From the NCBI RefSeq assembly GCF_031769215.1, contig NW_026781943.1:744001-808000 (forward strand): DNA of 64,000 bases, written 5' to 3'. Below are positions 1 through 13,476 of this stretch, one piece after another. A program made the translations under genes and the position numbers. Each line of letters begins with the position of its first letter. The first letter of the stretch is position 1. A model generated the notes under the pieces. That model ran no database searches, was not told where the DNA came from, and saw only the letters and a list, made by a program, of their open reading frames with translations. The stretch is from Ylistrum balloti (taxonomy: Eukaryota).

Positions 1-166
1 TTTTACACCTGTGGTGTATAAAATAACTGACTCTCTCAATCTGCACACATCTTGTGTATATTGGTACAGTGACATACTCACCGCATTCTCTTGTCAGCAA
101 CCATATGTACCACTAATAATCCCTTTACACTCAGTTATAAACACTTGTTAGTACAGGTAATAAAAA

Positions 167-228
167 ATCCATGACAACAGGTAATCAGTGATCCATGACA
201 ACAGGTAATCAATGATCCAACAGGTAAA
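167..228. repeat. Short tandem duplication, 24-bp unit (ATCCATGACAACAGGTAATCA[G/A]TG), ~2.5 copies
   Basis: Units start at 167, 191 and 215 (the last is partial). Confidence 0.8.
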
Positions 229-2656
229 AGTCAATTTCCAATCACTTCAGGGACTGGGAGTGGTCAGACTGATTAATCCACCAAATGGATCTTACCATCA
301 AAGTTCGACAGGTTCAACACAGGTAACTGGTGGTCAATTAGCCAACAATTAGCCTGTCTTCAAGAAAACTTTATAAAAAAACTCAACACATGTATTTGCA
401 GTGTAATCAGCAGTCAGATGTAATGTTTCATCCATCTTCAGTTCAACTTGACAAAACAATAAGCACACATATTGCTACGGAATCAGTGATCAGACTATTA
501 ATCCATATTCAAATAAAGCTTTGTTAATAATCCACATAGATAATTTCCTAATTTATGACAAAACCCCTACTTTGAAGTAAGACAATTACCTATGCAGGTG
601 TGGCTTATAATCCATCTCCACCTGTTTTATGATGAATGATGTTAATTTTGTGTAATATGTGGTCATACATAATTAGTCATTTCCATGTCTATCAATGGTC
701 AACACACTTAATAAGTTCTGTGAGTATTCATCACCCAGGTATAACCAGCCATTGACTAAGTCAGGACATCACAATAAGTGTTGTGTCCACCCTTTATATT
801 TACTACAATGTATCGAAGTAGCAAGATGACAACTGCCTACAAAAGTTAAAACATACCGTACCTAACTGTAATCATGTTCTTCCATGATAAGTCTCAAATT
901 CTGACATCAAATCAATATGGCCTGGCACTCTTCTTCTCAGGTAGATTTTTTTTAGAATAATTTAATTAAATATCTACTGCAGATTTCTGTTTTCAGCTGT
1001 CATAGTAATCTGTCAGTTTATCTGTAGATCTCTGTCCCTGATATATCACTAAGCCTGATTAATGGTGGTCACTGCATACACATCCTTCCACATCTGGATA
1101 ACTTTCACTAATTACCAAACAGATCAGGTGTTTCCGACACTGATCATTGGTCCAGAGGTCCAAGTCTGATTCCAGCCAACATCAGTTCCTTTCTGGTCAC
1201 TCACTGTTCAGTCAACCTTAAGCTTTCTCTCTGGCCACTATATAATAGCAGGGATCAGTGGTCACTCTAATCAAGCCAAGGTCAATCAAGCTCTCTTTCT
1301 GGTATACCAATAGGAGTTAATGGTCAGTCTAGCAGGTGTTCACTTTGTCTGGTCACCAATTGTACCAGATTGGTTACTTAGGAACATTATAAGTGAGTAT
1401 ACTGATTAGTATATCCCTGCAGTGAGAAGGAGATAAGGCAGACAAGTAGCCATAGGTCATCTCAGGTCTCAAACTGGTCACTCCAAAGAGATAAAAATGC
1501 ACCCTTTGTTATACCATAATACACTAATGTATAACTTCTATACATAATTCTGCACTGGTCACTATTACATGTGAGGTTTACATGGAAATGGCAGTGTACA
1601 TCAAAAGAGAAAACACTGGATATCTTCCTGTCATCCCAATCAATTGCACCAATCGTAGATGTTCACAACCACTCCTGGTCAGTTTTTTTCTGTATAAATT
1701 AGTCATATATATCACATCTTCACTAGAAGTACCTGTGGAGGTCATCTCAAGGAAAACACTTGTAATCTCTAGTAATTAGTGACGATAAGGCAGAAACCTT
1801 ACAACAGGCTGCTATAAAACACTGTCCTATAGACAAACATTGGTTCTTACTGACCCTCACATTATGAGACCGGTCAGTTTCAGCGGTCAGTCTCCAGGAA
1901 GCATTTATACTCCAATCACTGGTGTTACACAGCACCAGTGGTGCAGGGGTAGTGTTATTATGGGGAATTCACCCAATAGTAATGAGCACAGCAGCCGCAA
2001 CAGGAAGCTGCCTGTACTTAGAGTCCATGTGCTAACATTTATAAGAGGCCCCAGGAGGAGCCAAAAACTCCAGAGGCCAACATAGGGAATTACACAGAAG
2101 ATTGTTTATGAAACAGTAATATGATCAGTTGAATCTTCTTTTTTTTTCATATTAAAACGATTTTTCAGAAGTTCGTATCAGTAGTCATCTGATATGATAT
2201 TGCCTGGGACTGTCAAATGATAATTAAATACAGTATGTGCGTGCTCTGAAATACAAAGGGGGAACTAATTATATTTTCTCTCTTATGCATTTTAAACCTT
2301 GTAGTGTATTGCATGAAGGGTCGTTGTGAGTGAAGAGGGAGAAATTACCAGCTCCCTCTGTCTGTTTCCATGTGTTACGGGTTACTGGCCCTATATAGAT
2401 ACTCAGTTCAAGAGGGGACTATATTGTACTAGTTAATTACCTACACAGAGATATGACCCATCTGTCATTATCACTCGAGAATTAACTGGGTGGAGAACAA
2501 ATACACTGGTAGGACAGATATGTAATCAACTGTTCATTGTTTAAAGTTCTCAAGAAATTTGATATAAAACAAGTTAAAATATTTCTACTGCTGATCAGAA
2601 ATGAAGAACACACAGTACCGTTAGTGTATATTATCTACCGTGTGATAAAACGCTGA

Positions 2657-2950
2657 GGGCGCCAACACATTACATCTGACTCAAAGTCATGAGATGGGCT
2701 TACTGCATGACAACTATGTATTACTGTAGAAAAAAACTTTTATAATAATTAAAAATTCAAGTTCAATATAAGGGCACCAACACATTACCTATGACTCAAA
2801 ATCATGAGATGGGCTTACTGTATATGAAAGCCATGTTGTATTGTAAAAATATTGTCAAATACAAAATCTGGGGGTACAACACATTACATTTGATTCAAAG
2901 TCTTGTGATGTTGCTTAGTACATGGCAACAATGAAGTACACGATGTAAAA
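2657..2950. repeat. Three diverged copies of a ~100-115-bp unit (GGGC[G/A]CCAACACATTAC...GACTCAAA.TCATGAGATGGGCTTACTG)
   Basis: Copies start at ~2657, ~2772 and ~2872; the third is the most diverged. Confidence 0.7.
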
Positions 2951-5454
2951 TTAACTTCTTCTGACTTAACAGTTTTACCAAAAGACGTTTTAATGAACAT
3001 GTGTTTTGCAAAGACATCATGAAATCGACTCAATTTGTTTTATTTGCAATATATCTATTCATCAATGTTTTTTAGACCTCAGAAAAACTGAAAAAATAAT
3101 CCAGGAAAACAATGATTTTTATATCATTTGTCGATATTTCAATGAGGAAGCACCTTTATGTATATGAGTGGGCTTATTACCAGACATGGGCTTGTTGCTG
3201 AATTGATAAGGCCATCTTTATAGGACTAAAAAATCTGAAGATATTGGTACAATACACATATTTATAAGTAGACCTTACACGCCATCCATACAAATCACTT
3301 TTTTCTGTCGTATAATTTGTAAATGCAGCAAAGAACTTCCAACTCTCATTTTTCCCCCTGTTTTATAACAATGCCTACTTCAGACATAAAACTTCAACTC
3401 TGAACTAAGTTTAAAGTGGCCTTTCAGAAATCCTGAGCCACACCCCCATACATGTCATCTTATATCCTCCCTTCCGTGTGTCAGCAATAAAGGACCAATA
3501 CAACATAACCTTTGGTGTACAGATACAAACATGGTATGTAACATGTACCAAACACACTTTAAAATGTATATAAACCAACAGTATTCTACAGTATCACATA
3601 AAGATTGAAAAATTGTATTCACAGCTGTTAGTCTGCTGTATTCACTGAATTTATTAGATGTAATTTTAATCAAGACTCAAGAAAATAAATCTGAGGTTTA
3701 ACGAATTACAACTTCCATACTACACACAGCACTTATAAATCCCTCACTCCAGGTACCAATACAAGAAACACCTGGATTTAATATAAATGTACCATCATCA
3801 TTTTACTACATCACTCTCCTGCATCAGTGTCATAACACAATAAATGTTATTACTGACATGTCATTGATTGGCTATGAATACACAGGATTAAGGTGTGTCA
3901 TGACAGTTTGCATTATCACACAAAAGGAAGAAACCGAGATCCATTGTGATGTTATAGACACAGGGACATGACGCTGCAAGGATAAGCCTTTATAATGTAA
4001 CATCATTACTTTAAAGCAATGTTGTATCAAACCTTTGACCCTTTTGACATTTGACCCTTACGTTCCTGTATAAAGAAGTACATACCTTGACCGTCTCCGT
4101 GTCCACAATGACAACAGCCCTGCCCAGATCATCTTGTAGTGACCAATTGTGATGGTCACTGTCAGCTGACCAGTGGTAATCACACTAAAGCTGACCTATC
4201 ATAATCAACAATGGATCTGGAAATGACCGCTTGGAAAGATAGGTTCTTTTCTGACTTATTCCTTCCTCTGCTTCATATTGTTAAAAACAGAACTTTGAAA
4301 TAGTCTACAGACGATATCACAGTTTGTTGTAAAGAGTGGACAGTTTCAACAATTTCCAATTTACCTTGACATTCTAGTCAAGGTCACAAGTCTAGGTCAC
4401 CTCTTCAATTTGTCTCTTCCTACATCTTCTTCAAGACTTATTTAAGTATTATCAGATTAGTCATAGTGAACATCCTGCATTGATAAAATCTCTGAAGCTA
4501 GAATTTCTATAAATTGGTTCAATTATCTTATACATCACAGTTGCAGTCAATACTGGTTACCATAGTGAGGGCCAGTCAGATGGTCAGTCTGGTGACCTTG
4601 ATGTAAACATTTCCGGGTGTTGACCACCTGCCCCATGATCGGATAGTATTAGTGTGAACTGCTTGCTGTACACTACTTTCAGCTCCTGTATCAATAATTC
4701 ACGTCCACTTTTGTCTCCTGAACAGTCCTGCTATGTAACACATTTCAACTTTTTTTTTTCACTACAGATGAGAAACAGTATCGACCAATAGCACACTATG
4801 TAGCCACAATTTGCGTACATATCCCTTGGGGATAAACCACTTTTCTGGTAAATCCTATCATATCTTCTGAGTCTACCTAGGGTATCAATGCTATACACAG
4901 TATGCCTTGCAGCACTATATTCTGACCACACTCTCAGTACATATCTCTTCTATATACCAGGCCAGGAAAGATATACCATTTTATGTCCAGTGGCTTATTA
5001 AGTGAATCCCGTGATTTTTGTCTTAATTCTAATTGCTTTGCCTGACAACGCAGTGGCATGTTTCCCTTCAAAGAAGAAGTATAAACAAATCTAAGTTTTG
5101 CTTAATCTAACAGAAACGTGCCTGTGTGTTCAGTTATAACACATGTATACCAACCTTGCCCATTATGTTCAGTTCAGAATATGTGGACATAGAGATGGAA
5201 AAATCATCACAAGCTAACTGAAATTGAATTCTGTACATACAGTCATCAACCAAACCTTAACTTATTAACTGAATGCTTCTACTTTCCAAGGTCAAACTTC
5301 GCAACACATCAGTTTTACAACGTCTCTTCACACAGGGAACATCGTTAAATCATTTCACTGTGCTGGCTTCCTTCTTTTTAAAGTAAAAGTTGTCTCCCTT
5401 AACTGTGAAACCAAAGGAGTTTTATCACCAAAGTGTAAAGGAAATGTAGATCCT

Positions 5455-5740
5455 GCTGCTAATTTCAGTACTTATAATTTCTGTACTGCAAATCTCTGCT
5501 GCTTATTTAAGTACTGCTAATCTGCTCCTAACTTCAGTGCTGCTAATTTTTAGACTGTTTATCTCTGCTGCTAATTTAAGTACTGCTAATTTTTAGTACT
5601 GCTAATTTCTGCTGCTAATTTCAGCACTGCTAATTTCTGGACTGCTTATCTCTGCTGCTAATTTAAGTACTGCTAATCTGCTCCTGATTTCAGTGCTACT
5701 TATCTTTAGTACTGCTAATATCAGTACTGCTAATTTCCAC
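5455..5740. repeat. Degenerate minisatellite, 14-16-bp unit (ACTGCTAATTTCAGT-like)
   Basis: TGCTAAT recurs throughout, and a ~70-bp block at ~5484 is repeated at ~5641. Confidence 0.8.
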
Positions 5741-8504
5741 TGATCAATTACTGAAACATACTCTTGTCATCGATTCCTTCAAAATTTGATTTTAGGAAAC
5801 AGAGGTCCAATCCTTTAATTACGCTGGTTATTATATTACAACATTGATGTATTGGTGCTGCTCGTTTGGTTCAACGCTGGCTATATCTTCCAGCACCTGC
5901 AGTCATTTTCTGAGTAATTTTGGTGATGTTCTCTCAGTTTCCTCAAAACCATTACCCCAAGGCCGTTATTTCTATGCCAATATGAAAGTGTTTCTTGTCA
6001 ATCCAATAGAGGGTAAGGTCCCGAAAATTAGTCCAGTATTGTAGGTCATGGAGACAGTATCCAATGCTTTTGGAGCATTAAAGTCATGGAGGAGATTTAA
6101 GACACATTTAATAATTTTTTATCCTGAAGAGTCTTCATGGATAGTTCAGCTGTATATATGATAAGCCTCAGAGTGACAGCAACCAATATTTTCCTTTACA
6201 CATTACTATGTATATACTTCATGATATGACATCACTGTTTCCAGTATGATGTAGAAGCTCAGAGAGATATCTGCTGATGTTTCCCTTTACACAATATTAT
6301 GATATAACAATCTATGTGGTTATTCCTGTAAATATTTCATCATTTTGTTATCCTGCTGGACATCATTCCAATACAAAGAATAGTATCCTCAAAGCCGAGA
6401 TTCCAGTGTAATAAACGTCACAGATGGAGTCTGATATTTCCCTTTACACCGTTTTATATGGCCGTTGATCGTTATGTAACGACTATTGGATTGATCACTT
6501 AAGGGTCTGGTCATTTTGTCCTCCATGGGCACTAAGATTCTGGTACACAATATTCCCTTCAGTAGCTGATGATCACATACATAACCACCTCTGGATCGTA
6601 TGTGGTTGTTTATTTATTCCAGCAAGACATTTCTGAGACACTGTCTGATATATCTGTTTCACTTGCAGTGATACAAGATACAAATAAAAGCCTATGGGTC
6701 ATCTTAGTGAGTTGCCTGCGGTCATCTGGTCATCCCTGTGAGATACAAGTCTCAAGTCGCTACTGCTGCTGGGGTGAGTCAGCAACCCTTTATCAGTCAG
6801 CATGTTGAATCACAATAAACCTTTTATCTTCTGGACCCTGGATCAATAACACCCCATTTAGCAAAGTGAGCTCAACCAAATTACATTATCTGGGATTGTC
6901 CATTAAAATAGCAAGGGAAGTATAGGAAAGAGTGTTACAGAACATTCTGATGCTGTTACTACAACTGTAAGTCACAGAAGCCCAATAAAATGGAGATGAT
7001 AACAGTGAATTGACACATTTCAATGTTTTCCCAGTATCATTTAGACAACAACGCAGGCACTGTTACTTCACCAATTCATAGATATCGTTCCACTGGGATA
7101 AAAACCTCACAATATATTTACTTGGCTATGAGTGTTGAGAAGAATTTGGTTTTAGACTTGCATTGTTTAACGTCCTTAAAACAAGACTTGAGAAAATTGT
7201 TAACATCTGCACAAGCTATACACATAAAAAGATCTGACTTATAAAAGAATTCAAACATGAATAATATGTTTATATTGTTATATTTTTCTTAGTCATGGCT
7301 TAATGCATACAAATACCAACATCATATACTTATTATGATACTCAGTTCCTCTTTACAACCGACCACACTTTGATGTAAAATGAATTATATATATATGATA
7401 CATATATATATATACAATGAAAGATAAAAACCAAATCTCAGTAAGATATAGAAGTATTTACATTATACATATAAACTTGTTGCCGCAGTATATTTCCCAG
7501 ATGTATTTTGTATATTGATGTGGAGAAGGAATTTATTCTGTCAGAACCAGAAGTCTGTGAAATGCTGACTATCATGTAAACAGCAGCACCTGTGAGGACA
7601 CAATTTTAAAGCTCTGATTAACTGGATATGACTTTTTCCCCATCACAAATTCTGGAAATTGTTTGAATTTCATTCTTTGTCTTCAATAAAGTGTTTTCCC
7701 GGTCTTTTATATTAAGAAATTTGCTATCTAAATCTTTGTTTGTCTAATTTAATAAGCAAGCAATCAACAGAGCTTGTACTTAGCCACTGATAAGCCCATA
7801 TATGGTATCAAAATCCACAGTAAACCATTTCATGCTATATCAAAAGAAATGCCATCAAAAGAAATAAAGAAATATTGGATTGGTCCCTTACTGCAGGATA
7901 AATCATACAGCTAAATATGTACGTGATTTTGAGTTTTTTTATTGGTGTAACATGTCTTGCTCAGGGATATAGCTATTAAGGTGGCTAGTGATTCAGTTTC
8001 CAAGGAATCAAACCACACATCTACGATCTTCAAATGAGGAAGATAAGTCAGTGATATTATGTGGAATATACATGTGACATTTTGAAGACTGGTCTCCTTG
8101 TAATAGCTGGTGGCTACCTCAATAAACAATATTAGTAAAGCCTGTCACATTGAGGTAAATTCTCTTACTCATGGACACACCTTCCCAAGTAGAGACGACT
8201 TTGTTTTTCAATGTTCAGAGGAATATACAAACCACAAGGCACCTTAAATCTTGACATGATGTTACACAGGTCAGGATTCTACCCACTGACCTATCAAGTC
8301 CCGTTTTAAAATGTTGATGTTGGTCAAAGATTTATAATGAATTACAACACAACAACAATCAATTTTATATTGTTTTCACAAAAATAACACTTCATGTGTG
8401 ATCAATATTTTTGTGCTCTTTTTCAATATCGATCCTACAATAAGCCTTGTGGTCTATCAAAATAACTCAAAGTCACAGTACAAGTCACATGGTAACATTC
8501 TGTT

Positions 8505-8563
8505 AACTATTTATTGTTACATAACATCCTATTAACAGTCAGGGTCATTCAAGGACATGCCAG
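8505..8563 (-). mobile_element. 3' tail fragment of the SINE family seen at 30082-30289
   Basis: CAGGGTCATTCAAGGACATGCCAG matches CAGGGTCACTAAAGGACATGCCAG at ~30119-30142 and is followed by a similar AT-rich tail. Confidence 0.6.
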
Positions 8564-8859
8564 TACTGATAGAGGGTTTTTTTCACAGTCAATGTGGCCC
8601 TATAGACATATAGATATGGTTATTAAATCTGCTGATGAACTTGCTTTTGACAATCAAACTGATCTATATTTCTGTCATCACATCATTTTCTTTGGGTACT
8701 GAAGTTAAATCTAATTACAGGATAACCCCACTGTGATTTTTTTTTTTAATTTTCAGCATTTTTCCATGACAGTGGATAAAAATGTAATTCACACCTGTTA
8801 TATTTATATCCAAATGGTATAATTATTATTTAAAGAATAAACAGAAGGTGTAATTAATG

Positions 8860-10020
8860 CTTACACCTGATAATCAGAAAGTGTTATTATCATTTACACT
8901 TGTTATCCACAGGGTTTAAATATCATTTACACCTGTTACCAAGATGTAATTATCATTTACAGCTGTTACCCAGAACTTGCAGAAGGTGTAATTATCATTT
9001 ACAGTTGTTACCTAGAAGGTGTAATTATCATTTACACCTGTTACCCAGATGTAATTATCATTTACACCTGTTACCCAGATGTAATTATCATTTACAGCTG
9101 TTACCCAGAAGGTGTGATTATCATTTACAGCTGTTACCCAGAAGGTGTAATTATCATTTACCCAGATGTAATTATCATTTACACCTGTTACCCAGATGTA
9201 ATTATCATTTACAGCTGTTACCCAGAAGGTGTAATTATCATTTACAGCTGTTACCCAGAAGGTGTAATTATCATTTACAGCTGTTACCCAGAAGGTGTAA
9301 TTATCATTTACAGTTGTTACCTAGAAGGTGTAATTATCATTTACAACTGTTACCCAGACTGTATAATTATCATTTACACCTCTTAACCAGGTTGTGTATA
9401 CGTAATTATCATTTACACCTGTTAACCAGACTGTATAATTATCATTTACACCTGTTAACCAGGTTGTGTATACGTAATTATCATTTACACCTGTTAACCA
9501 GACTATATAATTATCATTTACACCTGTTAACCAGGCTGTGTATATGTAATTATCATGTACACCTGTTAACCAGGTTGTGTATATGTAATTATCATTTACA
9601 CCTGTTAACAAGACACTATAATTACCATTTATACCTGTCAACCAGTGGGTGTAATTACCATTTACACCTGTTGCCCAAATGGTATTAAGTATCATTTACA
9701 CCTGTTAACCATAGAAGGTAATAATAATTTCCTTGTGTTATCCAGATGCTGTAATTATCATTTATACTGTTGAGGGTGTTATTACAATTTACACTTGTTA
9801 CCCAGTGGGTGTAATTACAATTTACACCTGTTAGTAGTATAAGTATCATTTACACCTATTAACCAGAGGGTAAAATTACATTTACACCTGTTAACCAGTG
9901 GGTGTAATTACCATTCACAGCTGTTATCTTGAGGGTGTAATTACAATTTACACCCTTTAACCAGAGGGTATAATAACCATTTACACCTGTTAACCAGAGG
10001 GTGTAATAATCATTTATATT
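8860..10020. repeat. Minisatellite, core GTAATTATCATTTACA[C/G]CTGTTACCCAGA(AG)GT, unit variants of 21/30/33/39 bp, ~35 copies with degenerate flanks
   Basis: Directly visible. It generates the repetitive ORFs 8900-9688(+), 9114-9386(+) and 9321-9695(-). Confidence 0.95.
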
Positions 10021-11018
10021 TGCTACATATCAACAGAGTGCAACTATCATTTTGCCTCTTATAATATGCTCATTTATATATGTGTACAACAGTCAAAGTC
10101 AAAGCTTATATCATTTTTACCTTGTACATGTTGCCATGCCAAACAGCCCATCCACACCGTAGCTACATGATTTCTTGTGCTGATCTGTTACCCTACATGG
10201 CCTTCATCCAAATCAAACCTACAATCAGTAATGATATGTTCTTTACATTTAACTTCGTGGTTCTGTCATACAAAACTCATCATCATCCATGACAGTTTAA
10301 ATGTAAGAAGAAAATCGGTTACTACAGATGGCATCAGCATTGCCACATCAACTTTCTTGAGATAGTAAAAAAGAACATGGTTGTTGCTGTGAAAATCTGT
10401 GAAATGTCCATACCCATGTAATGAGCGCAGGTGCTTTTTTAAGTTGTAAATAGTAAAAAATGCTTCTTCTTGAAAAATATGTGCACCAAAAAATCCAGTC
10501 AAAAATGATCTGTGTAAGCCAATAAAATTGACCTCAGAATGTTCAGTTAACACATCAGAACAAAGACTTGAAAGTATTCTCTTAAAAATTCAAAAAAAAG
10601 AAAGTCTTAGATATACAAAAGAAACCATTCTGAAAATACCGATCTAGTATAACAAACAAATACAGATTGAAAACATTTTATAGGGATTGGTATAGGTAAA
10701 GTGTAGTCATAATAAATCATTTAATCAAAGAAAGTGGAAGTGGAGCCTTTTTTTTATAGTTATGAGTTTACACAGAAATTCAACATACATACCAATTTTT
10801 TTTACCTATTAAGGGGTCATTAACTCCAAAACAAAAAAATTCTTTTGCATTAAGACATTGCAAATGCCAATATAACTTACCCATATGTCCCAATTAATTT
10901 AGAATTATTTAATAAGAATAAATAAGGAATAAAAGACAATTCCATATCTACTAGGAGGAAAAAAAACAAAAGAAATACTTGAATTTGACAAAGATGAATG
11001 GTGACAAATACTACTACC

Positions 11019-11194
11019 CAGGGTTTTCCATAATTTTGTCAATAGTAGGCTGTGTAGTGAAAGTAGGAGGCTGTCCTGCCGTGTACATGTAGTTGTGTAC
11101 AGAACATTATTACGGAACTGGATTGGTGTAGGCGGCCAAATGATCAAAGTAGCCGGTCAAATTGGCCGGCGACCGGCTCTTATGGGAAACCCTG
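11019..11194 (+). mobile_element. 176-bp non-autonomous DNA transposon (MITE) with 15-bp TIRs and a 6-bp TSD; hAT-like CAGGG termini
   Basis: Left end CAGGGTTTTCCATAA, right end TTATGGGAAACCCTG; ACTACC flanks both sides (11013-11018 and 11195-11200). A second copy lies inverted at 52266-52441. Confidence 0.9.
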
Positions 11195-12480
11195 ACTACC
11201 ATTCATAATTAGCAGAAATACAAAGTTACAATGGCTTCAATTTAGAATTAATCAACTCAGTTTGACAACTAATGCATATTTATATAAAACAGGTCCTGAT
11301 AGTCCATTTTGTTTCCATTGTAAATTAAAACTGAAAATAAAACTAATGTTTATGCACTTTGGGATTGTGAAAAAGTATAATTTTTTTTTAAATTGAAAAA
11401 AAAATGAGAAAGATTATAAGAAACCACATAATTGAAAGATTAAAGTTATATAGCTAGCTTTGCCTTACAAAACCAACATGTGTTTTAATGTCCCAAACTA
11501 CCTATCAATAGTTTTCTGTCTTTCTAGCTGCTATCACATTTAATAAACACTTCATCCTGATTTTGCATGATACTGATTACAAGTTTGGCATCTTAAACAC
11601 ATCACTGCTAATATGCCACATACTAGTCATTCATCTGAAGTTGATAATGTAATCAATAAAACATAAAACCTTAATTTCTTACTGATTGTGATATAAAAAA
11701 AAATATATTCTACACGTTTTTTCATTTTTTTCACTCATTATTTTACATGTACGTAAACTCAGTTACAATGGCAGAAATTTCAACTAGGATTTTTTTTATT
11801 TGTGTTTTCTTCCAGAAAATTCAAGTTTCATATCTCAAACGCATTTTAAACAGAAACCCAAACCATGTAAATTAAATAGTATTGTCCCAATGATCGATTA
11901 CATATGAATGAATACATGTCTAATAAGAAAGACAACCAATTTTCCAATGATTTCTTTCTAAACAAGAAGTGTGTATTCTACTTTTGTTTTCACTTTTTAA
12001 TATGATCTCCTAACCAATACACAATATAAAGATATTTCTAAAAATAGAAAATTGTAAGATAATCGTTATTATAGGATGCTCATGGAATGATTTTCTAAGT
12101 GAAATTAAGTTTACATTTTCCAACTTATCAAGGTAGAACTAGCAGCATACAATCAAAATGGTGGCCACTTTTGTTCAAAATCAGACGCAAAATGAAGGAG
12201 CATGTCGAAGATATAGTGATTTGAGAAAATGAATGAAGTATGACCATCCACAAAAAATTATATATCAGAGGACCAGTTTGCAAGTTGTGTCATTAATTTT
12301 CATTATGTGTGATTATTTAGTTAGGGTTGATATTATTTATAAGATCACTTGCTAGTTATTATTACAATAGGATGTGTTGATCTCAAGTTTACTTTCTCTG
12401 AAGTAGGTTCTCATCACAAATCAAGACTTCTGAATTTGTAAATCTTAAAAACTTCAACATTTAAATTTGTAAGTATTTAA

Positions 12481-12646
12481 CAGGGCTCTTGATCTGCCAG
12501 ATTTGGGGCCAAATTCCCAATGCAAAATAGTATCTTCTTTTCCCAATTTAGACCCCAAGTTTTCCCAATTCTAAGGAAAACGCTGCTATTTTTCCCAATT
12601 CTAAGGGCCCCGGGCCCCAGTCCCAAAATGGGGTGTGAGAGCCCTG
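12481..12646. mobile_element. 166-bp MITE with 9-bp perfect TIRs (CAGGGCTCT...AGAGCCCTG) and an apparent 5-bp TSD TTTAA
   Basis: TTTAA at 12476-12480 and 12647-12651; internal TTCCCAATT repeats. The TSD is in AT-rich context, so it is less certain. Confidence 0.75.
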
Positions 12647-13476
12647 TTTAAAACTTTAACGTCTGAATTTTCAATTTTATTTCAATTTAAAAAAAAAAAA
12701 AAACTATTAAAACTACACAGGCATGAATTTTGTCACAATTTTCTATTTTTCCCGATAATAGCCAAGGAAAAGGCATTGAATGTCATCCATGGTAAGATGG
12801 CATACCACCTATATAGTGTGCAGTCAAAGAATTTGAAGATTTATTTAAAATGTACAATTCAATTTGCTTTAAATATGACTACAAAGAAGTCTGCTACATG
12901 AGATCATGCAACTGACGCTACATCAACATGTCAGTCAGATAACAAGTTAAACCCCATCTATCCTTTTAGTTTGAAAACACAACACTTATGGAGCAAATGC
13001 AAGACAACCTTAAATTCTTTTGGTCTCACAGTTGCCTGTCACATAGGTTATATTCTAAACACAGCAAATGAAAGCATGACGCTGTGAATATATCTGTCTT
13101 AATCGTAAATACAGATTGGTAAATTTCAGAGCTCCTGTACGCTTCGTTGAAAAATTGAAAGGATAATAAAATGCCGTACCTAGTTTTAATTTAAGTCAAC
13201 ATTTATAACCATTTTATCAAAATTGACAGTGCCTTATTGGAGTCTCGCTAAAAATGGTAAAACAAAGCACCGAATCTTGAAAAAGGAAAGAATGCAGCAG
13301 TTGATGCTTTAACAATTAATAATGAATATTCGAGATAATGCGCATCTTTGGAAGCAACTCAGCATCTGCAACAGGGCACTCGCTGACCTGTCAGAATCCA
13401 ATTTTTTAGGCGTGTTCAAAAACTGAAGCTGAAACCACGCCAATGAAAATCAGAAGACAGCAATAAGAACTCTTAC

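Noticed and set aside
1-12. TTTACACCTGT at the window start matches the 8.9-kb minisatellite core
   Set aside because: A single 11-mer at the window edge cannot be evaluated.
1560-4760. Faint RT/RNase H-like fragments on the minus strand (SSVFSFDVHCHFHV; YSKQFTLILSDHG)
   Set aside because: The matches are too short, and their order relative to the integrase-like bits fits neither Gypsy nor Copia.
1-13400. IFT46 as the head-to-head partner of ARCN1, as in human
   Set aside because: I found no IFT46-like peptide (such as FIPDFIPAVGDID) on the minus strand.
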